Positions 27,301-40,453 of a DNA stretch of 64,000 nucleotides are shown here, piece after piece (the stretch's first letter is position 1; the number at the start of each line of letters is the position of its first letter). A model generated the notes under the pieces. The model was not told the DNA's origin, searched no databases, and saw only the letters and a list, made by a program, of their open reading frames with translations. The translations under genes were made by a program, and so were the position numbers. The stretch is from Ylistrum balloti (lineage: Eukaryota), in the NCBI RefSeq assembly GCF_031769215.1, contig NW_026782152.1:496001-560000 (forward strand), in the 5' to 3' direction.

Positions 27301-28509
27301 TTGCAAACTAAGGATTCATCATTTCCAGCTGGTTACCAGATTTAGAGAATCCAACTAGGAACATCAAGCTAGTAAAGAACTAATAATAATTCAGTGTTTC
27401 TTCCCAAAGATCCAGAGTCGTTTACAGGTTTCTGGTTTCATTAGGTATGGCGATGTGTTTTTGCATTTAGCGAAATCTTTTGGTGTACACGTATTATTGA
27501 ATTGTATTATGTTAACATTTCTCCCTTCTTCAGCTTGGTGTAGTCTGACCACGAATAAAGTAGCATATACGCAGTGAAAAAAGGCTCGGCGCATTGATTT
27601 AGTTTCCAAAATTGGCGCCGGACCACTACTGTGTTTACTTCACGCTTCAGCGAGATTGCATTATCACATTTTACACGGGTTTTCAACATGTACACATTAA
27701 AGTACAAGCACATAAATATGCAGAAATAAATTTTAAAAATTCACAAAACTCTATATTTTATGGATGCACTTTTCATTCCCCGAAGTGAACACACATAGCT
27801 TCATCGGACTTCTAAACCATAAAATTGCATAATTTTCCGAACAGTGTGGATATGCGCTGATGCATAACAACTGATTAAATGATTAAAAGAGATGTCGAAT
27901 TTTTACCAAATTAGATGTTATACGAAAATAAAAAGTGGTGTTCACTTTAATTTCCTTTGGGCGTTTCATATGTTGATTTAGATATGCAGGAAAAATTATT
28001 CCTACCAACTCTCCCTGGTACATATTTTCTTCATGAAGTTTGAAATCATAAGTGGGATGTCAATCCTTAGACATATTGAAATATCAAGCGATTCTAAATA
28101 ATTACATTAATGGATAACACATTAGAAATTACGTCACAATTCTGTATTTTATGTTTTCTACACTCTCCAGGGAGGTGTTAACACATGCCTGAGTTCTATC
28201 TATAGTACCATAGGGAGAAGGGAAATAGAAAGTCATTCTGTAGGTAAAACTAGTAGCATTGGGGTTAACATGACAAAATAGAAAGTCTGTCTATATGGAT
28301 AGCAGCCAACTTAAAGATTTGACACAGAAGTAGAAAGTCCGTCTATAGACACTAGCTTTAAAGTTAACATGAGATAGTCGAAATTAAATGTTGAACATAA
28401 TTTATAGTTTGGAAACTATTATTATTTGTAACTATAACAATAATAATATGTTAAAAATGAGTTTTGGAGAGATATAGCAGGATCACATGTAGTTTAGATT
28501 TAATTTATG

Positions 28510-30745
28510 TGGACGTGGGCAAGGAACAGTGTATAAGGGAGGTGGGCAATGAACAGTGTATAAGGAAGGTGGGCAAGGAACAGTGTATAAGGGAGGTACA
28601 CAATGAAGAGTGTATGAGGGAGGTAGGCAATGAACAGTGTATGAGGGAGGTAGGCAATGAACAGTGTATGAGGGAGGTAGACAATGAACAGTATATAAGG
28701 GAGGTAGGCAATGAACAGTGTATGAGGGAGGTAGGCAATGAACTGTGTATGAGGGAGGTAGGCAATGAACAGTGTATGAGGGAGGTAGGCAATGAACAGT
28801 GTATGAGGGAGGTAAACAATGAACAGTGTATGAGAGAGGTAGGCAATGAACAGTGTAAGTGGGAGGTAGGCAATGAACAGTGTAAGTGGGAGGTAGGCGA
28901 TGAACAGTGCATGGGAGAGGTAGGCAATGAACAGTGTATATAGAAGGTGGGCAATGAACAGTATATAAGGGAGGTAGGCAATGAACAGTGTATGAGGGAG
29001 GTAGGCAATGAACAGTGTAAGTGGGAGGTAGGCAATGAACAGTGTATGAAGGAGGTAGGCAATGGACAGTGTATGAGGGAGGTAGGCAATGAACAGTGTA
29101 TGAGGGAGGTAGGCAATGAACAGTATATAAGGGAGGTAGGCAATGAACAGTGTATGAGGGAGGTAGGCAATGAACAGTGTATGAGGGAGGTAGACAATGA
29201 ACAGTATATAAGGGAGGTAGGCAATGAACAGTGTATGAGGGAGGTAGGCAATGAACAGTGTATGAGGGAGGTAGGCAATGAACAGTGTATGAGGGAGGTA
29301 GGCAATGAACAGTGTATGAGGGAGGTAGGCAATGAACAGTGTATGAGGGAGGTAGGCAATGAACAGTGTATGAGGGAGGTAGGCAATGAACAGTGTAAGT
29401 GGGAGGTAGGCAATGAACAGTGTAAGTGGGAGGTAGGCGATGAACAGTGCATGGGAGAGGTAGGCAATGAACAGTGTATATAGAAGGTGGGCAATGAACA
29501 GTATATAAGGGAGGTAGGCAATGAACAGTGTATGAGGGAGGTAGGCAATGAACAGTGTAAGTGGGAGGTAGGCAATGAACAGTGTATGAGGGAGGTAGGC
29601 AATGAACAGTGTATGAGGGAGGTAGACAATGAACAGTATATAAGGGAGGTAGGCAATGAACAGTGTATGTGGGAGGTTGGCAATGAACTGTGTATGAGGG
29701 AGGTAGGCAATGAACAGTGTATGAGGGAGGTAGACAATGAACAGTATATAAGGGAGGTAGGCAATGAACAGTGTATGAGGGAGGTAGGCAATGAACTGTG
29801 TATGAGGGAGGTAGGCAATGAACAGTGTATGAGGGAGGTAGGCAATGAACAGTGTATGAGTAAGGAAGGCAATGAACATTGTATGAGGGCGGTAGACGAT
29901 GAAGAGTGTATGAGGGGGTAGACGATGAACAGTGTATGAGGGTGGTAGACAATGAACAGTGTAAGAGGGAGGTAGGCAATGAACAGTGCATAGGGGAGGT
30001 AGGCAATGAACAGTGTATATGGAGGTAGACAATAAACAGTGTATGAGGGAGGGAGGCAATGAACAGTGTATATAGAAGGTAGGCAATGAACAGTGTAAGT
30101 GGGGGGTAGGCGATGAACAGTGCATGGGAGAGGTAGGCAATGAACAGTGTATATAGAAGGTGGGCAATGAACAGTATATAAGGGAGGTAGGCAATGAACA
30201 GTATATGAGGGAGGTAGGCAATGAACAGTGTAAGTGGGAGGTAGGCAATGAACAGTGTATGAGGGAGGTAGGCAATGAACAGTGTATGAGGGAGGTAGAC
30301 AATGAACAGTATATAAGGGAGGTAGGCAATGAACAGTGTATGAGGGAGGTAGGCAATGAACTGTGTATGAGGGAGGTAGGCAATGAACAGTGTATGAGGG
30401 AGGTAGGCAATGAACAGTGTATGAGTAAGGAAGGCAATGAACATTGTATTAGGGAGGTAGGCAATGAACAGTGTATGAGGCAGGTAGGCAATGAACAGTG
30501 TAAGTGGGAGGTAGGGATGAACAGTGTATGAGGGAGGTAGGGATGAACAGTGCATGAGGGAGGTAGGGATGAACAGTTTATGAGGGAGGTAGACAATGAA
30601 CAGTGTATGAGAGAGTTAGGCAATGAACAGTGTATGAGGCAGGTAGGCAATGAACAGTGTACGAGTAAGGTAGGCAATGAACAGTGTATGAGGCAGGTAG
30701 GCAATGAACAGTGTAGGAGGGAGGTAGACATTGAACAATGTATGA
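28510..30745. repeat. 27-bp minisatellite, about 80 units, with higher-order structure
   Basis: Consensus GAGGGAGGTAGGCAATGAACAGTGTAT; the lines at 28861 and 29401 are identical (540 bp = 20 units). Confidence 0.98.
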
Positions 30746-31695
30746 GTGACAAAATCTGAACGACTTACAACATGAACATCCACTCTAATCATTGTTACGA
30801 AGTAGACATGTTATAGCGCCTGTTACCAAAAGAACACAATACGAGAAAGGAGCGAATGACGAATTGGAGTCGGAAACTGGGCTCTGTAACCTCCATAACA
30901 AACCGTAGCATGAAAACATAGCTAAAGATGTTTACTTAACGTGTGTTTGTACATGTTTATACCTAGTCGAATGGTTTATTTTTGAATACATATGTAGGTC
31001 ACTAAGGTTGTCTGGAAATTAGGTCAATCTCAATTGTTTCCAATAAACATGTATATAAATGTGTTCCTTGTCTTAAGAGTCCATAGTATTGTACTATAGT
31101 ATTTCGGTGCCTTACACAAACTACTCAATCGATCTGGATCGATATTTTGAATTACACGTGTGTATTATTTAGAGCAAGTCGCGGTGTCACAAGTCACGTT
31201 TATGCCTTATACACATACTACACAGGATATCAGAATCTACCTATCAATCCTCATATGTATGTATCAAAACGTGACTGTGGTCATTGTGTCGTCATCATCA
31301 TCAGCATTTTATCACCAACTGTTTGTATATATAAACACATCAGCACATATACATTGTTTGAATCCCACCACATGACTTAATTTATTGTTGTCATGTGACC
31401 TAGATACCCACGAGTGTATACCTGTATATAACTCTTGCCTTATTCAGGTTATGGACCGCCTTGAAATCAGTGCAGTTGAAATGATAATTGTACAAACCAG
31501 TGACAGTTTGTGATAACGTATCTAATATGATATCAACCTGCTATGTTTGATTACATCCTTGTAGTGACACAATGAGGACTGGGTGTATTCCGTGTCATAA
31601 GCCCTGTACAAAAAGGCATTGATACGTAGCTAGCCATTGGTGATGGTCAGTAGTCACTTGGTTTTCATCTAGCAGTCGAAGTGAGTTATCAAAAA

Positions 31696-34600
31696 ATGAG
31701 GTCCTCAGTCCTGCTGGTGTTTGTCTTCTCTGTATATGTGGGTAAGTATAATGTTTGTACACTCGACCCAGATGGTAACAATAAAACATTTATGTACATT
31801 AAGCCTTAATCTGGTGACCAGCTTAACAGAGGCCAACGGATTTGGTGACGTGAAAAATAGCTTTAAAACACGTTATACATGATTTCTGTTATTTTATCAG
31901 TATGAATAGCCATGCCATATATAAATAACATGAAATATCAGAAGGAAATAGTTAAATGTACGAGGCATGTTTAAAATATATGGTATGACGAGACAACTTT
32001 AACATTGATTCAAGGAACAAACCCCAAACCAATACTTCAAACATAGCCTGTGTTATGCACTTTGCTATGCTACAATCTTTTTAACAGGAAATAAACTTAC
32101 TTTTTTAAATCGGTTATCAATGACATTCCTTTCTAGATCTAATATTAACTGCCTGTACAACAACTTGAAATCAAAAATTTTTCAGAAGAAATGTAAATCG
32201 TATCACATTTCATGTTTTAATATCAGAAAACTCATTTTTGTCGTCACGTTTTATAAAAAGGTAACCTGCTATCACAAGCATAGTTATGTGAAAAATAGCT
32301 TTAAAAAATAAATTAAGATAAACCATATTTAAATAGTGAAATATATATATGCAGTAGCTATATTTAAAATATATGGTATGACGAAACAACTTTAACATTG
32401 ATTCAAGGAACAAACCTCAAACCAATACTTCAAACATAGCCTGTCTTATGCATTTTGCTATGCTACAAACATTTTAACAGGAAATAAAACGTACTTTTTT
32501 AAATCGGTTATCAATGCCATTCCATCCTAGATCAAATATCAACTGACTGTTCAACAATTTAAAATCAAACAATTTTCAAGAGAAATGTAAATCGTATCAC
32601 ATTTCATTTCTTAATATCAGAAAACTCATTTTTGTCGTCTCGTTTTATAAAAGGTAACCTGCTATCACAAGCATACCTATAAATTAAGATAAACCATAGT
32701 GATAATGTAGAAGGGATATATTTCGTTGTTTTCTAACGAGAACTCATTAAATTTTGTTTTATTTGTGATTATTTCTTGTGTGCTCTTAATCCATGAATTC
32801 ATGTCTACGAACTGTTAAAATTAGTATAAATAGACGTTTTTACTATAATTATCCACGAAATCAATCTTTTTATCGAATAAGAAGCCCACGAAAATACAAC
32901 ATTTAACGTTATATTGTATATGAAATTAGGTGTATCTAAAAGATTGCATGGTAGACGAAATGAGGAGATTATCATATGTTTCCAGTATAAAGGATGATGT
33001 ATGCTGTATTAGTAATGAATTAAATAAAGCATGGTGATCATACTTACATTTATATTAGAAAAGAAGGAAATATGTTATTGCATTATATTCCGATGAAATA
33101 ATTTTGGAAAATGCTACCGTTTTGGAAAAGAATGACGTATGTTATAATAAAGCAAAAAACTACAAAACATTACGTCATTTTATACATGAAAAGAAGAGCA
33201 CACCCCAGGAAGGGAGCTCATGGACACTTACTATGTTTATTTCCGAAAACTGGTCACATCTTCAATATCATATTCACATATGGAAAATGATTTAAGCATT
33301 AAAAGACGTTTTTGATGTTTTTAATGTTTTTCCCTCGGAAAAAAGGTTCTAAGATCATAGTTGAAAAAGGTCACGTACATAGGATGCAATTTAGCGAGAT
33401 ATATCTTCATATATGTCTAGCACTCTGTTTGATATATAATGTAAATTATCCTTTTTTGACACATGGGATATTCTGCTTGATATATCATACACCACGGACA
33501 TGAATAAGTGTTATATAAGTAGAATCTTTAATACAATGTACATCTAAATCAGAGTAAACTATAATATTCCTTATAACCGACCTATGTTCTTTGTATTTCT
33601 ATACAGCTGCTGATTTTTCACAATACAGAGATTTCCTCCTCAAGCAAGAAAACAATGAAACTTTCCTCCGTGAGTTCGATGACCACATGAAGTCTTGGGT
33701 CAACAGACAGTCGGTAAGGACAAATCACATCTTTGTGTCGTCAATAGGGACTCATTTGGTCAGCATCAGTCGTCACCGCTTACACGATAACTTGTCCGTT
33801 GAGTCTTTCAAGTTAAACTTTCCTTTCATACGGGGTTTCCTTTTAGAAGTTTAAGGGTCAAGGGTACTTACTTCTACCGATTGTACCTTATACATAATAC
33901 AATGTCTCCTGAATGAAATAACTTCCTCGGAATTACTTTCATTTTCTACTGGTCAAAATAGAATGTCGCGTACCTAAAAACGGTTGCTATGCAACTTGAG
34001 TTTCATTGACTTTACATATTCAAAATTCAATACTTTCTTATTAAAAGAGCTGGCTTGAATTCCTTCAACATCAAAGTTAAGGATTGCATTTCAATTCAAT
34101 TGGAATTTGGTTTGTACATAATTACTTTCAGATATCACTTTATTTGGACACACCCAATCAGCCATTTTGTCTTGTAGATGATATATCCCTATTATTTTTA
34201 ACGGTAATACGATAACGGTGAACGAACCTCGATCGCTTCAGTTCCCATACGTTATTAATGACTTGACTTAATCGTTTTAGGTTTCATTTTGAATTTTTGA
34301 GACACATAAAAAAACAGCAGCATTACCTAATACGCATTGTTAATGTTATGTACACACTGATTATCATCAGCAAATGCGACACACTTGACTACCGTCACCA
34401 GGCTGTCCATTATCATCTACAGTTTGTCTACTTCGTTAGGTTCTAGCTGCCAGACAGGATTTCCCATGTGAGGTACTCGAACCACTGAGCCCAGCTACAT
34501 CAGGTGAGTCACCTGGTCTACTTACATGCCTATAATGAAGAGTATATCTTATTTTTCTTCACATTTGCAGCCCATTGAACTTGCATAATGTTATTTTGGT

Positions 34601-37600
34601 TACGACCTTGTAATAAACAATTTAAAGTGATGTGTTATCATTACATGTTTATATTCTTATCAGTAAAGATAATCTTGAACATGGATTTGTATAAACATAT
34701 CTTTACAATTTGTGCTTATTCATTTTTGTATCGGGTACATAATTAGAGAATTTATTTTCAGTGAACAAGTTAACACCCTCAGATATCAAGGTTGTAGCTG
34801 CTATTGGTGATTCTATCACAGTAAGTACTTTTGTATAGCTGTTCAGCAGACTGTAATGCTAGTTATTAATTTTCTTTTCGCTTTTGAAAAGGGTGCATGT
34901 GCACTATGTTGATATATGAACCGCTCTTTGAGATGTCTTGCGATTTTCACTTTGTATTATTCACATCAATTCAAAACGCGTGCGGGTTTTTCCTGTATAT
35001 TGATATTTTCAATATCTATCTATATACAAATGTTTGTGGATAATTTTATTTCTATACCAGCATTATGTGATTTGCATTAAAATTTGTTTTTTTATTCTAT
35101 CATCATTTCTATTAAACAGTATAAATATGAAATAATTCCATATTGTCGATTTTACATATTTATTTGGCAGCGCTTTCCCTAGAAGATTCTGTTAAAGTAA
35201 TTCAAAGGTATCACTCCTAAAAAACACACATAAAATAATTTATGCAATATCGTTTGCGTGAAAAATTAATTAAAAAGTTATAAAACTATTCAAGGGCTGA
35301 AAGTGCTTTTAAAGGGTTGAAATCATTGTGTGGTGTAGAATCGTGTTTTATAATTTTCGGCGACATTTGCAGGCAGGAACTGGAATCAAGGCCCTCACAC
35401 CTATAGGGTTGCTGACACAGTGGCGGGGACTGTCATGGAGGTGAGCTGCCATCTATTACAGGTCTAGTGGTTCATCCAGAGCGCTCTGTCGGTCTATATG
35501 TTGTTAGTCAATTGAAATCCATTGGTTAATAAAATCAGGGACATATAATTCATATATCAATTATACGTCCCTGATCAAATATAAAGGTAATACTTAAGTA
35601 AGATCTCGTCCTGGAGTTGTTACGACGAAGGTGCAATAGATAGCTAATCTATCATTTTCATTTTAAGCGTGGGAGGCGACGGTAACTTCGAAGAGGAGAT
35701 AACAGTCCCCAGTAAGTTTTTATTCCTCTTTAATATTAAACAGCATAATGAATCCACGCTTAAAGTCCACATCAATGTTATGACCAATCGCTATTAAGAT
35801 CACTACAGTACCAAATATTCTCTACATGTCCCTGTATTGTGTGCCTCATATTATTAAGTTCGCCTCATTATTAATACTACCTTGCAATTAAAACAAGCTT
35901 TGATAAATCCGAAAGGCTCACTTTGCATTGAACAGCACCTCACTAATCGGACCAGGTATGACCAAACACAGCAGCAACGCTATTCCCCATAGCCGTCGAT
36001 CGTTTCTATATTAAAGTTTACTTATAAGTAACATGTTTGTGCTGATCTATTTCATAGACATCATAAAGAAGTATAACCCGGATGTAAAGGGGTTCTCAGT
36101 AGGGACGGGAGGAGTTCATAGCAGAAATGCAAGGCTCAATGTGGCTGATCCTGGTGCTAAATCAGAGTATGTTATTGAAATCGACTGTTTTTAACAAATT
36201 GTAACATATCAACACAAAAATCGTGAATTTCTTGCGAGTAAAAATATCAGTTACATAAAAACATTATTTACAAATGTTGTGCATAGTATGAAAGAAATAT
36301 ATGTTTATGTTTGGTGCAAAAGATAGCCATGTCAATTTATCACACGTTACCTACCAATTCTATATCAGAAACGCTTATTTGTTTGGTGTTAACTGATGAC
36401 TAAATATTCTATCCCTTTAAACATGATCTAAATAAAACCAGGCGGACATTTACGAATGTATGTCTATATATTCGTGTTTAAGCGAGATACAAGCGGAGGC
36501 AGAAGACTTGTTAGAACGCATGAGAAACGATCCTGATGTTGACATGGAGAATGACTGGAAACTTATCACTCTGTTTATTGGGGGAAACGATTTGTGTAGC
36601 TACTGCAAAGATGAAGTAAGAGGAAATCTGTGAAATAACAGACGCGATGAGTTTGATAAGAAACCACTGTTATGATGATATAAGGAATGATTGTCATTGT
36701 GATGATATAACTTTTACACTATTGATCACAGAATAAACACGAACACGTGTCGGTTAAGATTAATCCTGTTTCAATTCCCGTTGAAGTATCTAACTTTTCC
36801 TCAAAACAGTGAAAGTCAACCTCATCAATATAATATTGTTATTTCGGATAAAGTTATGTTATTTATAAAAGTAACTTTCTCTATCATTTCCGTTATCCTT
36901 CCTTGTTCATGTAATGATATGCAATATTGATGTCTTAAATTCGGGCATTAAGTGGCATATTATCAACGGTAACCATGGTAATATGACTTTGCTGAACTTT
37001 GTATGCAAACTTCCCCAAACCAGGCAATCAACATAACGTTCGTGTTTACAGACAAAATATGCCCCCGAGAAATACGTGGACAACATTAAGCAGACATTGG
37101 ATATTCTCTACCAGCACGTACCGAGAGCTTTCGTAAACGTCGTCCCCGTCCTCAACATCAATGTCGTCAGAGAGCTGAACCAAAACCTTGTCTGTGACGC
37201 ACTCCATCTGTAAGCAAACGATGAATATGTTACTGGTAACCTATAAAACGACTACAAGGATAGAATATGTACTACATGGAATAATGTTACACGCGTATTG
37301 AAAAGTATTGAAAAACAGCTTGAAGTGCAATATATAGCTGCACTTTCACAAAATAAGAGACAGCCATTAACCTCGACGGTTAAATAGAAATCGAGAACTA
37401 TTTTCTCCACTTTATATGTTAACCAACTGACGTATGTTTCATGGAGAATGCGAAATGAGTCACAATTTTCCTGTGTAAATTTCACTTTCAAAGAATTTTT
37501 TCGCGTACTTTTGAAATAGTGTGATACTCAGTATTTTATTATTCTTAGTTCTTTATGATGAAATATTAAAATATAAACCACCTTCAGTTGTAAAGCATAA

Positions 37601-39298
37601 ATCTTCAACATTACCAGGTATCTGTGTCAGTGTGCAGCTTATCCGCGCAACAGTGACGAGGAAAACAAAATGCAGTTGGCAGTACATGCTTATCAACAGC
37701 AACTCACCGACCTTGTCATGTCCGGGCAGTTCGAGAAGGACGATTTCGCGGTCATCATACAACCATTCTTCACAAACACCGAACTTCCAAAGCGGGTTGG
37801 TGACAGGAAAACTATGTCAAGCAGTAGTAATGTTCTGCAATGAATAAAACTATCTACTTTTGTGAAATGATGGGCTCGATGATAAAACACTTCATTTCAA
37901 CTGTAAATTGAGTGTAAAACCGTTTATGTTGTAGGATGGGGGCGAACCGGATTTGGCATATTTTGCACCTGACTGCTTTCATCTGAGTAGAGATGGTCAC
38001 CAAGCTGCTGCCACAGCTCTGTGGAATAATATGGTAGGTTGAAACATCCAGGCCTTTACGACATGTAAGACACGACACTGTCTGCGAAGTATTGAAATAA
38101 CAATATGATGCATTTTCATTCATTATTCAACAAAATACGCATATGAACTAAATTCAACACAATCCGCATGTGAACTTAATTCGAAGTAATATGTGCTAAC
38201 CGTTGATGCTCTTTCTATCCTATTTGATACGTTTGATCAAAAGATTCGAAATATGGTTTATAAAACGAGTCTTCGGTGATAACATCACAATTTCACGTTT
38301 TATCACTTCGCGATTAAAACCAACCGCCATGCATCATGGACAATGCTCAAACAGTTTGTCAAGAGCTTTACAAAATGGAGTTCTGATGACCATAATGTGT
38401 TTATCCTAGAGTCAGAATGCAATGTCGGAAAGAGGATGAGTAAATATTTTCCGTTTTTGACACGACACATGTTGAAAATGAAACGACCGTTTGAACAAAC
38501 GGTAGATATTCTGGTTTTGTCCTTGCTTTCGTGAGGGAAATGCTTCATATTTGAATTGATTTAAATCTTCCGCATTAGATAGTATTGTTCTCATAGTACC
38601 GTTTCATGGGCTTTTTTCTTCAGATTATGCCCTAGTTTCGTGGAGTGGGTTTGAATATTAATTAAGATTCTGATCACGTCGGTTTTTCCTTTGCTTTACA
38701 CAGACATGTGTTTGTGGCAATTGCACTGACAAAACACAATTAACATTTACGATTTGAAGGGTATTCATCAACAATTCCGTTATTGTCAAATATAAACTTT
38801 GTTTACTATTCAGCTCGCGCGTGTGGATGAAAAGGATGATTTCTGGCAACCAGGGGAGACAATTAACTGCCCAACCAAGGTATGTATCTATATAAGGAAA
38901 TGTTCATGTCCTTATCCGTCACGTAGAAATATTCGACACAATGTTTAGATAATTTATGCCTTTGCTATTTTAATAAAAAGAAAGTCGTTGATTATTTAAC
39001 GAGAAATTGTTACAGATATTATCTTTTTCCACAGGATTATAGATACTTTGCTACCTACCAGAATAGCAATTCCAGGAAGGGCTTTGGTCAAACTTATCAA
39101 GACCAGGGTAAAAATGAACAGTCCAGCGAGCATTCCGTTAGTTCTCTGTCCACAAGCGGTCTCATTATTGGAGGATGCCTGTCAGTTTTGGTCTGTCTGG
39201 CTGCCTTGGCTGTTGCACTGTTCAGGAGAAATTCAAGAAACTCCGAGAAGCATAGTCTTATTGAACAAAATATAAAATTGTCCTACACGCAAATCTAA
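31696..39298 (+). CDS. PLB1: Phospholipase B1-like SGNH/GDSL lipase, single catalytic domain, signal peptide and C-terminal TM helix; 13 exons, 464 aa
   Basis: Exons 31696-31741, 33607-33713, 34440-34503, 34762-34820, 35373-35440, 35668-35711, 36058-36166, 36483-36615, 37052-37209, 37618-37795, 37935-38033, 38814-38879, 39035-39298; total 1395 nt with consistent phases. Motifs [28 protein letters not shown] and FAPDCFHLS are intact; signal-like [15 protein letters not shown]; [24 protein letters not shown]. Confidence 0.92.
31850..32675. repeat. About 394-bp tandem duplication in PLB1-like intron 1
   Basis: TATGGTATGACGA(G/A)ACAACTTTAACATTGATTCAAGGAACAAACC at about 31980 and 32373; AAGGTAACCTGCTATCACAAGCATA at about 32258 and 32651. 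Confidence 0.9.
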
Positions 39299-39547
39299 TA
39301 TGGTGGTTTAATAAGTAATCAAAATGGTGCCAAAGAAAATCTGTGTAACTGTGAATCAAGATGTATACATATCAGAATGATTTGAACACTGAATACATTA
39401 CTTTGTCAATGTTTGCTCAATTTCTTGTTGAAGTATTGACCAACATCCTGATGGATGAATACAAGGTCAATATTTTATTATTGTTACCTTCCGAAGTATC
39501 TACTGAAATGTTAATATTAATTCTGTGATTAAAAGTATTTTAATGAT

Positions 39548-40453
39548 GGTCAACTGATAGTTGGTAAAAGATCGTCCTCTCTCAGATGTTCAACTGACAG
39601 TTGATAAAAGATAGTCCTCTCTCAGATGTTCAACTGACAGTTGGTAAAAGACAGTCCTCTCTCAGATCTTCAACTGACAGTTGGTAAAAGACAGTCCTCT
39701 CTCAGATGTTCAATTGACAGTTGGGAAAAGATAGTCCTCTCTCAGATGTCCAACTGACAGTTGGGAAAAGATAGTCCTCTCTCAGATGTTCAACTGACAG
39801 TTGGGAAAAGATAGTCCTCTCTCAGATGTTCAACTGACAGTTGGGAAAAGAGTTCAACTGACAGTTGGGAAAAGATAGTCCTCTCTCAGATGTTCAACTG
39901 ACAGTTGGTAAAAGATAGTCCTCTCTCAGATGTCCAACTGACAGTTGGGAAAAGATAGTCCTCTCTCAGATGTTCAACTGACAGTTGGGAAAAGATAGTC
40001 CTCTCTCAGATGTTCAACTGACAGTTGGTAAAAGATAGTCCTCTCTCAGATGTTCAACTGACAGTTGATAAAAGACACTCCTCTCTCAGATGTTCAACTG
40101 ACAGTTGGTAAAAGACCGTCCTCTCTCAGATGTTCAATTGACAGTTGGGAAAAGATAGTCCTCTCTCAGATGTTCAACTGACAGTTGGGAAAAGATAGTC
40201 CTCTCTCAGATGTTCAACTGACAGTTGGTAAAAGATTGTCCTCTCTCAGATGTTCAACTGATAGTTGGTAAAAGATAGTCCTCTCTCAGATGTTCAACTG
40301 ACAGTTGGGAAAAGATAGTCCTCTCTCAGATGTTCAACTGACAGTTGGGAAAAGATGGTCCTCTCTCAGATGTTCAACTGACAGTTGATAAAAGATAGTC
40401 CTCTCTCAGATGTTCAACTGACAGTTGGTAAAAGATAGTCCTCTCTCAGATGT
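39548..40453. repeat. 40-bp tandem satellite, about 22 units, each with a CAACTG-A-CAGTTG palindrome
   Basis: Consensus TCAACTGACAGTTGG(G/T)AAAAGATAGTCCTCTCTCAGATGT; one truncated unit near 39850; no unique spacers. Confidence 0.98.

Noticed and set aside
25077-27713. ORFs 25077-25526, 26005-26358, 27391-27609 and 27507-27713
   Set aside because: No recognisable domain or consistent splice chain; 26005-26358 overlaps the modular repeat family. A decayed TE or lncRNA cannot be excluded without a search.
28464-30759. Long ORFs of 690, 750 and 455 aa and the MREVGNEQC-repeat ORFs
   Set aside because: By-products of a 27-bp minisatellite; open on both strands and in several frames, with no splice or domain support.
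39548-40453. CRISPR-like appearance of the palindromic 40-bp repeat
   Set aside because: Units are contiguous with no unique spacers, there are no cas genes, and the context is eukaryotic.
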